Notes: generated by a model from the sequence alone, not told the origin. A stretch of DNA of 64,000 nt from Macrostomum hystrix (GCA_950097015.1 CATNEN010000038.1:7130001-7194000), one strand, 5' to 3'; positions 39,881 to 50,668 are shown, counted from the first letter of the stretch. Numbers and translations are program-made.

Positions 39881-41409
39881 GTTTGCCCAATGACTCCAAT
39901 TGCCCTGTGAGACACCAGCAGAATTGCGCGGGTATCAGCTATAGATTTAGGAAAAAATAAGAATTGTAAATTCTTTAATTTTATATTGAAAAAATACGAG
40001 TATGTACTAAGTAAGGCCCATATTAAGCAAGCCCAGACACTCTTCGCAACGGACTGCTGGTGTTAATGAACTTATTTAACTCACTAGTTTTCTCTATATT
40101 TTCGCTGTTTAATTTGCTTGCTCTCTCTCATTTTCCTTCTTATTATATTGTGTTTGTTAATTTCGGCCAATAGGCCCTTCAGCCGACACTGACCCAGCAT
40201 CTGTTTTAGCCACGCTTTCATTACTTTGTAATATAAGAGATCGCACTATAGATCACCCACTGATGCCTCCACTGCAACCAATAGTGTTAGTAGTATGTTG
40301 CGAGCATTTTCTGTTGTTTAGTTTAGAAAATGAAAATTTTAGCTTCTCTTGTATATAGAAAAATGGCTTGGGATTTTTTTTGGAGCTCTAGTATCTTACT
40401 ATGCTATTATCTCATATTTAATTGTTCGTTTCCTAATTGTTTTCTTTCTGTCTGTCTATCTGCCTCAAATTTCTTTATTTACTTTACTGAACATTATAAC
40501 AAGGCGTGCAAACTGCTGCTTGTGTTGCCCAGAATTTTCGTCGGGATTATTACAAGTTTTTTCATTTCAATTGTACTGTTGCGTTATTTCAATTCAAAGA
40601 TTCTGATTGCTTTGGAATTAGCCTATTTATAAGCTCAGCTGCACATTGCACTACACAAGTCACGTGCTCACAATCTGTTATACAAATATACTGCCGATGT
40701 ATCTTTTCTCTCTTGTAATCATAAAATATTTTGTTTGACGCACTTGGAATCAGAAAGAATTGTCTTTAATTAGGCCACTGACAAAAACTTTAGCATTGTA
40801 GGTCGACAACTGCCGTACCATTCTGATCCTGAACTCTTAACATTGGGACTCTCTTTTGAATTCTAAGTGCTCAGATTCAATGAGTTTATTATTATTGTAT
40901 TTTCAGTTTAATATTCCGTTCTGGGGATATTGATTTTGGCTTACATGCGCTGAGTTAAATCACTGCCGGGTTAATTAACAGTGATTTGTGTGGCCGTGTT
41001 TTTCTTTTTAGTCGCATATATCTGTATGTCCACCAGTATAGTAGTGTATGCGGCACGCATAACAGATTTTTAGTAATATCTTTCTTACGCAACTCCTTCA
41101 AAACGCAATGCCTGTTATTAATTTTAAACACTTACCTACCTGTATTCCTTTCCAAGCTGTCACTCTCTCCTTTAGCCTCCCCGATGCGGACACTGCGCTA
41201 TCCGCTTTTGTAATGACAAGATTATATTTTCTACAAATATTGTTCATTTTAGGCTTTGCGCAAACCCACACTTTATTAAGGCTGTGGCGTTTTGTTAAAA
41301 TCTTCTGCTTTCGGTTGAAATCCTAGTTTAGGCTATACAAACAGGCAGTCTGTAAAAGCAAAGAAAATATATTGTAAGGTATGTAATGTGTCAGATGTAG
41401 GAATAGAAA

Positions 41410-43055
41410 AAGAGTCAGATGTGGTGATGGGAGAGAGTCAGATATGGTAATGACAGAGTCAGATATGGTAATGACAGAGTCAGATATGGTTCTCGGAGAG
41501 AGTCAGATATGGTAATGACAGAGTCAGATATGGTTCTCGGAGAGAGTCAGATATGGTTCTCGGAGAGAGTCAGATATGGTTCTCGGAGAGAGTCAGATAT
41601 GGTTCTCGGAGAGAGTCAGATATGGTTCTCGGAGAGAGTCAGATATGGGAATGGGAGAGTCAGATGTGGGAATGGGAGAGTCATATGGGGATGAGAGAGA
41701 GTCAGATATGGTTCTCGGAGAGATTTAGATATGGTTCTCGGAGAGAGTCAGATATGGGGATGGGAGAGAGTCAGATATGGGGATGGGAGAGAGTCAGATA
41801 TTGTTCTCGGAGAGAGTCAGATATTGTTCTCGGAGAGTCAGATATGGTTCTCGGAGAGAGTAAGATATGGTGATGAGAGAGAGTAAGATATGGTTCTCGG
41901 AGAGTCAGATATGGTTCTCGGAGAGAGTTAGATATGGTTCTCGGAGAGAGTAAGATATTGTTCTCGGAGAGTCAGATATGGTTCTCGGAGAGAGTCAGAT
42001 ATGGGGGTGGGAGAGAGTCAGATATGGTTCTCGGAGAGTCAGATATGGTTCTCGGAGAGAGTCAGATATGGTTCTCGGAGAGAGTCAGATATGGTTCTCG
42101 GAGAGAGTCAGATATGGGGATGGGAGAGAGTCAGATATTGTTCTCGGAGAGTCAGATATGGTTCTCGGAGAGAGTCAGATATGGGGATGGGAGAGAGTCA
42201 GATATTGTTCTCGGAGAGTCAGATATGGTTCTCGGAGAGAGTCAGATATGGGGATGGGAGAGAGTCAGATATGGTTCTCGGAGAGAGTCAGATATGGTTC
42301 TCGGAGAGAGTCAGATATGGTTCTCGGAGAGAGTCAGATATGGTTCTCGGAGAGAGTCAGATATGGTTCTCGGAGAGTCAGATATGGGAATGGGAGAGTC
42401 AGATGTGGGAATGGGAGAGTCATATGGGGATGAGAGAGAGTCAGATATGGTTCTCGGAGAGATTTAGATATGGTTCTCGGAGAGAGTCAGATATGGGGAT
42501 GGGAGAGAGTCAGATATTGTTCTCGGAGAGAGTCAGATATTGTTCTCGGAGAGTCAGATATGGTTCTCGGAGAGAGTAAGATATGGTGATGAGAGAGAGT
42601 AAGATATGGTTCTCGGAGAGTCAGATATGGTTCTCGGAGAGAGTTAGATATGGTTCTCGGAGAGAGTAAGATATTGTTCTCGGAGAGTCAGATATGGTTC
42701 TCGGAGAGAGTCAGATATGGGGGTGGGAGAGAGTCAGATATGGTTCTCGGAGAGTCAGATATGGTTCTCGGAGAGAGTCAGATATGGTTCTCGGAGAGAG
42801 TCAGATATGGTTCTCGGAGAGAGTCAGATATGGGGATGGGAGAGAGTCAGATATTGTTCTCGGAGAGTCAGATATGGTTCTCGGAGAGAGTCAGATATGG
42901 TTCTCGGAGAGAGTCAGATATGGGGATGGGAGAGAGTCAGATATTGTTCTCGGAGAGTCAGATATGGTTCTCGGAGAGAGTCAGATATGGGGATGGGAGA
43001 GAGTCAGATATGGTTCTCGGAGAGAGTCAGATATGGTGATGAGAGAGAATCAGAT
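41410..43055. repeat. 21/23-bp minisatellite with a 716-bp higher-order duplication
   Basis: Unit GAGAGTCAGATATGGTTCTCGGA and variants. The variant pattern at 41934 recurs at 42650. Confidence 0.95.
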
Positions 43056-43115
43056 ACGTTAGCTCGTAAATTTAAGCCATCTCTTCACACTTCAGCAGCA
43101 GCAACAATAGCAGAC

Positions 43116-46100
43116 ATGGCAGCCAACAAGACCGCTGTGATGAGCAAGAAGCGGGCATTCGTTGCCAATGGCGTTTTCCGCGCTGAGCTGGACGAGTTCC
43201 TGAAGCGTGAGCTGGCCGAGGATGGTTACTCTGGCATCGAGCTGCGAGTGACCCCAGCCAAGATTGAGGTGATAGTACTGGCCACCCGCACCCAGAGCGT
43301 GCTGGGCGAGAAGGGACGCAAGGTGCGCGAACTGACGGCGGTGCTGCAGAAGCGATTCGGCTTCGAGGACGGCCAGATTGAGATCTACGCCGAGAAGATG
43401 GCCAACAGGGGCCTGTCAGCTGTGGCTCAGGTGGGTTGCACGGATTCTTATTCGGAACTTCTTTATTCTGTATGAGCTTTCCTTGACGGCTGACCATCAG
43501 GTTGTGATAGCCACCCAAACTCATCACCGTCATCATTCTCTATATTCTTCTGTCGGCTATGATTAGAACACAACTGCTGTTCACATTCGTATTGTTAGTT
43601 TGTGACGATAGCTATTGTTTGATATGAGCCGCCCTTTAAGAATTGTTTTTTGCATTTTGTTTAATTAATGTCTACTACTAAAAGCAGTCTCAGTGCGTAT
43701 TTGTTAACTTTTTATATTGGCTACGATTAAAACACTTTCTGCTGTTCACATTCGTATAGCTTGCAAAAGTATGCCGACAGCAAAAATACTTTTATGAGCC
43801 AATCCAATTATGAAAAATCATTGCGTCACCCCTCCAACATCTTTACTTTGTGTCTAAAACCCTTACAGTCCACCAGGCTGTGGCTAGAATCTTCCCAAAA
43901 CCACAGGCTGTGGCTAGAATCTTCCCAAAACCACAGGCTGTGGCTAGAATCTTCCCAAAGCCACAGGCTGTGGCTAGAATCTTCCCAGACCCCCAGGCTG
44001 TGGCTAGAATCTTCCCAGACCCCAGGCTGTGGCTAGAATCTTCCCAGACCCCCAGGCTGTGGCTAGAATCTTCTCAAACATGAAGATGTCGGCTATGATT
44101 AGAACACAACTGCTGTTCAAATTCGTATTGTTGACTTTGTGACGATGGCAATAGTTCTGTATGAGCCGTCTCTAAAAGTAATTTTCGTTCGCATATATGC
44201 CTTGTTTTTTTTAGGACCCATTCTATCCATCGAGATATATCACATGGGATTTTTTGTTCGGTAGTGGTTGGGGTATGCTGCTCTTGGACCATAATCGGCT
44301 AAATCTTCTACCGGTTATTATCAGTCGGGATTAGACGTTAATTTAAATTTATGCATTAATTATGCTGGCAATGATTAGAACACTTCTGCTGTTCACATTC
44401 GTAACTTGCAAAAGTATGCCGACAGCAATTAACTTTTATGAGCCAATCCAATTATGAAAAATCATTGCGTCACCGCTCCAACATCTTTACTTTGTGTCTA
44501 AAACCCTTACAGACCACCAGGCTGTGGCTAGAATCTTCCCAAAACCACAGGCTGTGGATAGAATCTTCCCAAAGCCACAGGCTGTGGCTAGAATCTTCCC
44601 AAAACCACAGGCTGTGGCTAGAATCTTCCCAGACCCCCAGGCTGTGGCTAGAATCTTCCCAGACCCCCAGGCTGTGGCTAGAATCTTCCCAGACCCCCTG
44701 GCTGTGGCTAGAATCTTCTCAAACATGAAGATGTCGGCTATGATTAGAACACAACTGCTGTTCACATTCGTATTGTTGACTTTGTGACGATAGCAATAGT
44801 TCTGTATGAGCCGTCTCTAAAAGTAATTTTCGTTCGCATATATGCCTTGTTTTTTTTAGGACCCATTCTATCCATCGAGATATATCACATGGGATTTTTT
44901 GTTCGGTAGTGGTTGGGGTATGCTGCTCTTGGACCATAATCGGCTAAATCTTCTACCGGTTATTATCAGTCGGGATTAGACGTTAATTTAAATTTATGCA
45001 TTAATTATGCTGGCAATGATTAGAACACTTCTGCTGTTCACATTCGTAGAGCTTACAAAAGTATGCCGACAGCAATTAACTTTTATGAGCCTGCTTTAAT
45101 GCTTGTTTAAATATTGAAAAAAGAAGCCTTTTTGGGGCGAAATGATGTCGAGACTTGTAAATGTAGAAGTGTTAGATGTTGAAATCTTACCTACTCATTG
45201 TTACTGACCTACTTTGTGACCCACCCGTTATTCCTGACCTGCTTTGTGATCCACCAACCATTCCTGACCTACTTTGTGACCCACCCGCCATTCCTGACCT
45301 ACTATGTGAACCACCCGCCATTCCTGACCTACTTTGTGACCCACCCGCCATTCCTGACCTACCATGTGACCCACCCGCCATTCCTGACCTACTTTGTGAC
45401 CCACCCGCCATTCCTGACGTGCTTTGTGACCCACCCACCATTCACGACCTACTTTGTGACCCACCTGCCATTCCTGACCTACTTTGTGACTCACCCGCCA
45501 TTCCTGACCTGCTTTGTGACCCACCCGCCATTCCTGACCTACTTTGTGACCCACCTGCCATTCCTGACCTACTTTGTGACCCAACCGCCATTCCTGACCT
45601 ACTTTGTGACCCACCTGTCATTCCTGACCTGCTTTGTGACCCACCCGCCATTCTTGACTTACTTTGTGACCCACCTGCCATTCCTGACCTGCTTTGTGAC
45701 CCAATTAGTAATTTTACTATCGCATAAATTTGTGTATGGCTGGGTTCCATCTGGGTTGAATTTTCCATAGGCCGAGTCTCTTCGCTACAAACTCCTGGGC
45801 GGCCTGGCAGTCCGTCGGGCCTGCTACGGTGTGCTGCGCTTCATCATGGAGTCCGGAGCCAAGGGCGCCGAGGTCATTGTCAGCGGCAAGCTGCGAGGTC
45901 AGCGAGCCAAGTCCATGAAGTTCACCGAAGGCTTCATGATTCACAGCGGCGAGCCATCGATCCGATTCATCGACCGGTCTGTGCGACACGTCCAGCTGCG
46001 TCAGGGCGTTCTGGGCATCCAGGTGAGCGTCACGTGACCCACCTAGAGCTTAATAATAAGCACAATACACTATTAGGCATGACCGCTATGATTAAAACCC

Positions 46101-46409
46101 ACCTGCTGTTCACATTCGTAATATTTGTTTATGACGACAACTTTTTGTATTCTATATGAGCCGGTTAGAAAGCTTATTATCTGTCTCACTGTTCTTTTAG
46201 TTTCAAACTAATTAGTTGATAATTTGTTGTCGGTTCTCCAGGTGAAAATCATGCAGAACTGGGAGGCCCCAGCTGGCGGCGGCGCGCCACGCAAGCCCCT
46301 GCCTGATCACGTGACCATCGCCGATCCGAAAGATCAGACTATTCCGGCGCAGCCCTACTCGGAGAACAAGCAGCAGAAGCCGGCGGCCGAGGTCATGGCT
46401 GCAGCCTGA
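43116..46409 (+). CDS. RPS3: 40S ribosomal protein S3 (uS3), 244 aa, 3 exons
   Basis: Exons 43116-43430, 45771-46022, 46242-46409. Motifs [62 protein letters not shown] and PLPDHV. AATAAA at 46522. Confidence 0.98.
43554..43631 (+). ncRNA. C/D box snoRNA copy 1 (type A), 28S rRNA guide
   Basis: CGGC/GCCG terminal stem, C box ATGATTA, guide CAACTGCTGTTCACAT (complement of the conserved LSU sequence AUGUGAACAGCAGUUG), D' CGTA, C' GTGACGA, D ATGA. Confidence 0.8.
43717..43803 (+). ncRNA. C/D box snoRNA copy 2 (type B), C box degenerate (ACGATTA)
   Basis: ATTGGC/GCCAAT stem, CTGCTGTTCACATT-CGTA, C' ATGCCGA, D ATGA. Confidence 0.65.
43872..44075. repeat. 30-bp minisatellite (second array at 44515-44720)
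   Basis: Unit CAGGCTGTGGCTAGAATCTTCCCARAMCMC. Part of a 645-bp duplication. Confidence 0.93.
44090..44168 (+). ncRNA. C/D box snoRNA copy 3 (type A), guide carries a C>A mismatch
   Basis: Same boxes and stem as copy 1. Guide reads CAACTGCTGTTCAAAT. Confidence 0.65.
44366..44445 (+). ncRNA. C/D box snoRNA copy 4 (type B)
   Basis: TGGC/GCCA stem, ATGATTA, CTGCTGTTCACATT-CGTA, ATGCCGA, ATGA. Confidence 0.72.
44735..44813 (+). ncRNA. C/D box snoRNA copy 5 (type A)
   Basis: CGGC/GCCG stem, ATGATTA, CAACTGCTGTTCACATT-CGTA, GTGACGA, ATGA. Confidence 0.78.
45011..45092 (+). ncRNA. C/D box snoRNA copy 6 (type B)
   Basis: GGC/GCC stem, ATGATTA, CTGCTGTTCACATT-CGTA, ATGCCGA, ATGA. Confidence 0.72.
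45200..45702. repeat. 30-bp minisatellite, about 16 copies
   Basis: Unit TTCCTGACCTACTTTGTGACCCACCCGCCA. Confidence 0.96.
46082..46165 (+). ncRNA. C/D box snoRNA copy 7, in RPS3 intron 2
   Basis: ATGATTA, CTGCTGTTCACATT-CGTA, C' ATGACGA, D ATGA and a short terminal stem. Ends about 77 nt upstream of the 3' splice site, a typical spacing for intronic C/D snoRNAs. Confidence 0.8.
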
Positions 46410-46744
46410 GCAGTTTTAGACCTGGCGAATACGAGAAGCTGAGATAGCAAATGAGAGAACCCTTTCAAATGCTCATTGGTGGATACTGAATGCCTGTCTA
46501 TTCATCAAAGCCATTGTTATGAATAAAGATATTGAGCCCGCTTTGAAACTTGCAGGGCTGAGACACCTGACTCAGGTGTTTCCGTGTTTGCTAGCTTGGA
46601 TATTTTGTCTAGTTTTTTATTTTAAATTAACTTTTGAATAGGAACTATTTCTTTATCTGGTCTTCAAACTTACTGCAACAATTAACTAGTGTAAAATCTT
46701 GCGTTCGATATTCGATTTCCCAATAAAATTCCCTATTTTTCCAG

Positions 46745-49700
46745 TTGCGTCGACGCGCCTCAGGCTACTACAGCTTCTCGAAGCGGTCGGCTGCCGCCGG
46801 AGCTGCCGATGCTGCCGGCGGAAGCTCTGATATTTCTGGCCTACTGCCTTCGCCAGCTGCGTCGCCCGTTATCAACAGTCGGCCGACCTCCTCGGTGCTG
46901 ACAAGTCGCCAGCTGCCCGCCCAAGCTGATTTGTCCGTTCCGTCGCCATTTCAGCGTGGACCGCCCGGCCGATGCACCATGCCACTGCCCAGGCCGCACT
47001 ATCAGCGCAGCAACCAGCAGCTGCCGCCGCCGTCAGCCCGATGCCAGCATCAAAGTCCTAATGTTGTAGGTGGGCAGTCGGTTCTTCGCGACGCCGACGA
47101 GCAGACCAGCGTTCTCCGTGCTCTTCGAATCATTGAGACTAGAAAGCGTCGATCCTTGGCTCCGGCGAACGTCTGCGATCGCGATGCCGACGAGACTGCC
47201 GGTGGTGCAGCCGCTGCTGACGATGTAGATGCCGACGCTGAGAATTATTCTGTTGTCGACCTGGAGGCTTCAATGTCGAAGAAGAAGCGGCGACGTGTTA
47301 GTATAGCTGCTTCAGCATCGGCTGCAGCGCTAGACGACATTCTTGGCGATTCCACTATAGGCGCGACCGTTACTGATAATCCGGACTTTCAGGCGACGTC
47401 ATTGCGTGAGGTTCTTGGTGCTGGTCCAATTAAACTTCCGGTTGCTCCGCGGCGGCTGCCTCAGCTTCCGGTCCCACCAACTCTGTTCGAACCGCCTCAT
47501 AAGCAGCAGTCTGAACCGCAAGTGTCAAACATCACTGAGCCGCTTGTGCTGCCATTGCCTGCTACCACTGCCGATTCCCAAATCTCTGCCAGTGGCTATC
47601 ACTATCGCCATCAGCAGAAGCAGCAGCCACCTATATCTGAGATGCTAGTCTCACCGTCACCGTCCTGTGCCTCTCCCGCCGGTTCTACTTCGATGTCGGC
47701 ATCTTCTCGACGCCGCCTACAGCAGCCAACGCGCGTGACAGTGTCAGCTCTGGTCGCTAACCTTGAGCGTTCCAGGCATCGTGACGGCGACTTGCCTGTT
47801 GACGATGCCTCTATCAACGAGTCATCTGCCTCACTGTCTTCGCCGATAGGCCGTCTAGCGGCTGCTCGTCAGGCTCGCGAGCGTGACCGGCTGGCTAAGG
47901 CGAGTCGCCGAGAACGCATCCGTCGTCTACTGACCGAAGATTCTGGTACTCCTACCGGACGAGACAGTCTTGCCATCGCTCCTTCACCAGCAGGCGTCCA
48001 GTCGCCTTCGCTGGCTCCGGGGTTCTCTGGAACAGTTGCATCGCCCATTGTGTCTTTGCTAAGTCAGCCGAATTCTACTGTTGTGTCCAGTGTTGTGACA
48101 GCAGCCAGTCTAACAGGTTCAAATTCAGCCACTCCGGCTTTCATCCTACCTGCCTCCAGTGACAGCTCCGCCTCTTGCACTCCGATTGCTGCTGCGCCTG
48201 TAAAGAACTTGGCAGCTGTTAAAACGCCCGCGACAGATTCCGCTTCTGCCCAAGCAACTAAAAGTGCTTCATCGTTTTGTCAGCTTGCAAGCGCCAACTC
48301 TCAAGCACCTTCGACGTTCGGACACTCGGTTGCATCAAACACACCAACAGCTGCTCCAGTGTTTGGTCACTTAACAACATCCAACACTCAAGCTGCTGCT
48401 CCAGTGTTTGGTCAGTCAACAACATCCGGCTCTTCAGCTGCTGCTCCAGTGTTTGGTCACTCAGCAGCATCCAATACTCCAGCTCCAGTGTTTGGTCAGT
48501 CAGCAGCATCAAACACTCCAGCTCCAGTGTTTGGTCAGTCAGCAGCATCCAACACTCCAGCTCCAGTGTTGGGTCAGTCAGCAGCATCCAACACTACAGC
48601 TGCTGCTCCATTGTTTGGTCAGTCAGCAGCATCCAACACTCCAGCTGCTGCTCCAATGTTTGGTCAGTCAGCAGCATCCAACACTCCAGCTCCAGTGTTT
48701 GGTCAGCCAGCAGCATCCAACACTTCAGCTGCTGCTCCAGTGTTTGGTCAGTCAGCAGCACCTAACACTACAGCTGCTGCTCCAGTGTTTGGTCAGTCAG
48801 CAGCACTTAACACTACAGCTGCTGCTCCATTGTTTGGTCAGTCAGCAGCATCCAACACTCCAGCTGCTGCTCCAATGTTTGGTCAGTCAGCAGCATCCAA
48901 CACTCCAGCTCCAGTGTTTGGTCAGCCAGCAGCATCCAACACTTCAGCTGCTGCTCCAGTGTTTGGTCAGTCAGCAGCACCTAACACTACAGCTGCTGCT
49001 CCAATGTTTGGTCAGTCAGCAGCACCTAACACTACAGCTGCTGCTCCATTGTTTGGTCAGTCAGCAGCATCCAACACTCCAGCTGCTGCTCCAATGTTTG
49101 GTCAGTCAGCAGCATCCAACACTCCAGCTGCTGCTCCAATGTTTGGTCAGTCAGCAGCATCCAACACTCCAGCTGCTGCTCCAATGTTTGGTCAGTCAGC
49201 AGCATCCAACACTCCAGCTCCAGTGTTTAGTCAGTCAGCAGCATCCAACACTCCAGCTCCAGTGTTTGGTCAGTCAGCAGCATCCAACACTCCAGCTTCA
49301 GTGTTTGGTCAGTCAGCAGCATCCAACACTCCAGCTCCAGTGTTTGGTCAGTCAGCAGCATCCAACACTCCAGCTCCAGTGTTTGGTCAGTCAGCAGCAT
49401 CCAACACTCCAGCTCCAGTGTTTGGTCAGTCAACTTCAAGCTCATCGAATGCAGTCGCATTTGGTCAGTCAAATGCTAGTACCAATTCTTCAGCTTTTTG
49501 TTTTGGCAAGAGCGATTCTAGGGACTCGAATGCTACTTCTGCTCCGGTTATGTTCGGCAAATCAGAGCCCACCATGATATCGACAGCTCCAGTTTTCAAC
49601 CAATCAGGATCCACCACATCAACAGCTGTATTTGGCCAATCAGCATCCAGCAAGTCATCCACCGTCTCTGTGTTTGGACAATCTGCTCCCGCCGTGACTA

Positions 49701-50668
49701 CTGCTTCATCGTTAACCTTTGGAAATGGAGTTTCCTCCAATGCATTAGCTGCTAACAAATCTGCTCAACCTGGTTTGAGTGCACCAACCACTGTGTTTGG
49801 TCAGTCTGTCACAAGTTCATCCTCTGCTACATCCTTGTTTGGCCAGTCAGCTTCCAGTCTGTCTTCAGGGACGTTTTCCTTTGGCAAATCTACTACATCG
49901 GAAGCTTCAAATGCTTTAAAGTTATTTGGACAATCTGCTTCTGGTTCATCTACGACTTCACTGTTCGGTCAGCAATCAACCCCGGCAGCTACCACAGGCA
50001 TGTTTGGAAAGGCACCTTCCGCTGCGTCATCTGGTGGTACTCTGTTCGGCCAGTCTCCTGCTGCTACTAGTGCACCTTCCGTGTCTATTTTTGGTCAGTC
50101 TAAAACATCTGCGGGTCCAGTGTTCGGCCAATCAGCTTCTAACACGTCATCGGCCGCTCCAGTGTTCGGCCAATCGGCTTCTAACACGTCATCGGCCGCT
50201 CCAGTGTTCGGCCAATCGGCTTCTAACACGTCAACAGTTTTCGGCCAATCGCAGAGCGGCTCCAGTCAGTCAACCGTGGCCAAACCTGCCCAGTTGTCTA
50301 ACGCTTCTCCCAATCCATTTACGTTCGGCAAATCGGCTTCAAATCCCAGCTTTAGCTTTAGTTCAAGCTCTGCTGCCGATGCTAAAGCGCCGCCTCCTTC
50401 GTCTTCTGGCGCTTCCAGTGGGTTCACCTTTGGCCAGGCTGCTGCATCATCCACGTCATCAGCTGGCTCGCTCTTCAGCTTTGGACAGCAACAACAGCAG
50501 CAGCCGCCGTCCTCGACTACATCAGGCGGCACCACCGGCTTTAACTTTTCTCTTGGCGCGGCAACTGCCGGAGCATCTCCCGCAGCTGCTCAGGCGCCGA
50601 GTTTCAACTTCTCAGCTGGCGGCGACGCAGCCAGGCGAGCTCCGGTGAAGCCTCGAAGGCGGCGCTAA
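46745..50668 (+). CDS. FG-repeat nucleoporin, POM121/Nup153-like, single coding exon, start codon absent from the genome at the ORF 5' end
   Basis: More than 40 xFG repeats (PVFGQS, FSFG, FTFG), basic NLS-like clusters (TRKRRS, KKKRRR) and a basic C-terminus (PVKPRRRR). The ORF opens directly after the acceptor TTTTTCCAG (46736-46744). First in-frame ATG is at 46979. Confidence 0.82.
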   Translation: MRRRASGYYSFSKRSAAAGAADAAGGSSDISGLLPSPAASPVINSRPTSSVLTSRQLPAQADLSVPSPFQRGPPGRCTMPLPRPHYQRSNQQLPPPSARCQHQSPNVVGGQSVLRDADEQTSVLRALRIIETRKRRSLAPANVCDRDADETAGGAAAADDVDADAENYSVVDLEASMSKKKRRRVSIAASASAAALDDILGDSTIGATVTDNPDFQATSLREVLGAGPIKLPVAPRRLPQLPVPPTLFEPPHKQQSEPQVSNITEPLVLPLPATTADSQISASGYHYRHQQKQQPPISEMLVSPSPSCASPAGSTSMSASSRRRLQQPTRVTVSALVANLERSRHRDGDLPVDDASINESSASLSSPIGRLAAARQARERDRLAKASRRERIRRLLTEDSGTPTGRDSLAIAPSPAGVQSPSLAPGFSGTVASPIVSLLSQPNSTVVSSVVTAASLTGSNSATPAFILPASSDSSASCTPIAAAPVKNLAAVKTPATDSASAQATKSASSFCQLASANSQAPSTFGHSVASNTPTAAPVFGHLTTSNTQAAAPVFGQSTTSGSSAAAPVFGHSAASNTPAPVFGQSAASNTPAPVFGQSAASNTPAPVLGQSAASNTTAAAPLFGQSAASNTPAAAPMFGQSAASNTPAPVFGQPAASNTSAAAPVFGQSAAPNTTAAAPVFGQSAALNTTAAAPLFGQSAASNTPAAAPMFGQSAASNTPAPVFGQPAASNTSAAAPVFGQSAAPNTTAAAPMFGQSAAPNTTAAAPLFGQSAASNTPAAAPMFGQSAASNTPAAAPMFGQSAASNTPAAAPMFGQSAASNTPAPVFSQSAASNTPAPVFGQSAASNTPASVFGQSAASNTPAPVFGQSAASNTPAPVFGQSAASNTPAPVFGQSTSSSSNAVAFGQSNASTNSSAFCFGKSDSRDSNATSAPVMFGKSEPTMISTAPVFNQSGSTTSTAVFGQSASSKSSTVSVFGQSAPAVTTASSLTFGNGVSSNALAANKSAQPGLSAPTTVFGQSVTSSSSATSLFGQSASSLSSGTFSFGKSTTSEASNALKLFGQSASGSSTTSLFGQQSTPAATTGMFGKAPSAASSGGTLFGQSPAATSAPSVSIFGQSKTSAGPVFGQSASNTSSAAPVFGQSASNTSSAAPVFGQSASNTSTVFGQSQSGSSQSTVAKPAQLSNASPNPFTFGKSASNPSFSFSSSSAADAKAPPPSSSGASSGFTFGQAAASSTSSAGSLFSFGQQQQQQPPSSTTSGGTTGFNFSLGAATAGASPAAAQAPSFNFSAGGDAARRAPVKPRRRR

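Noticed and set aside
42717-43115. N-terminal extension of RPS3 suggested by the ORF track
   Set aside because: Read-through from the upstream minisatellite. RPS3 homology starts at ATG 43116, after an acceptor-like site.
44200-44340. Possible H/ACA RNA between the C/D copies
   Set aside because: Only weak hairpins, with no convincing H and ACA boxes.
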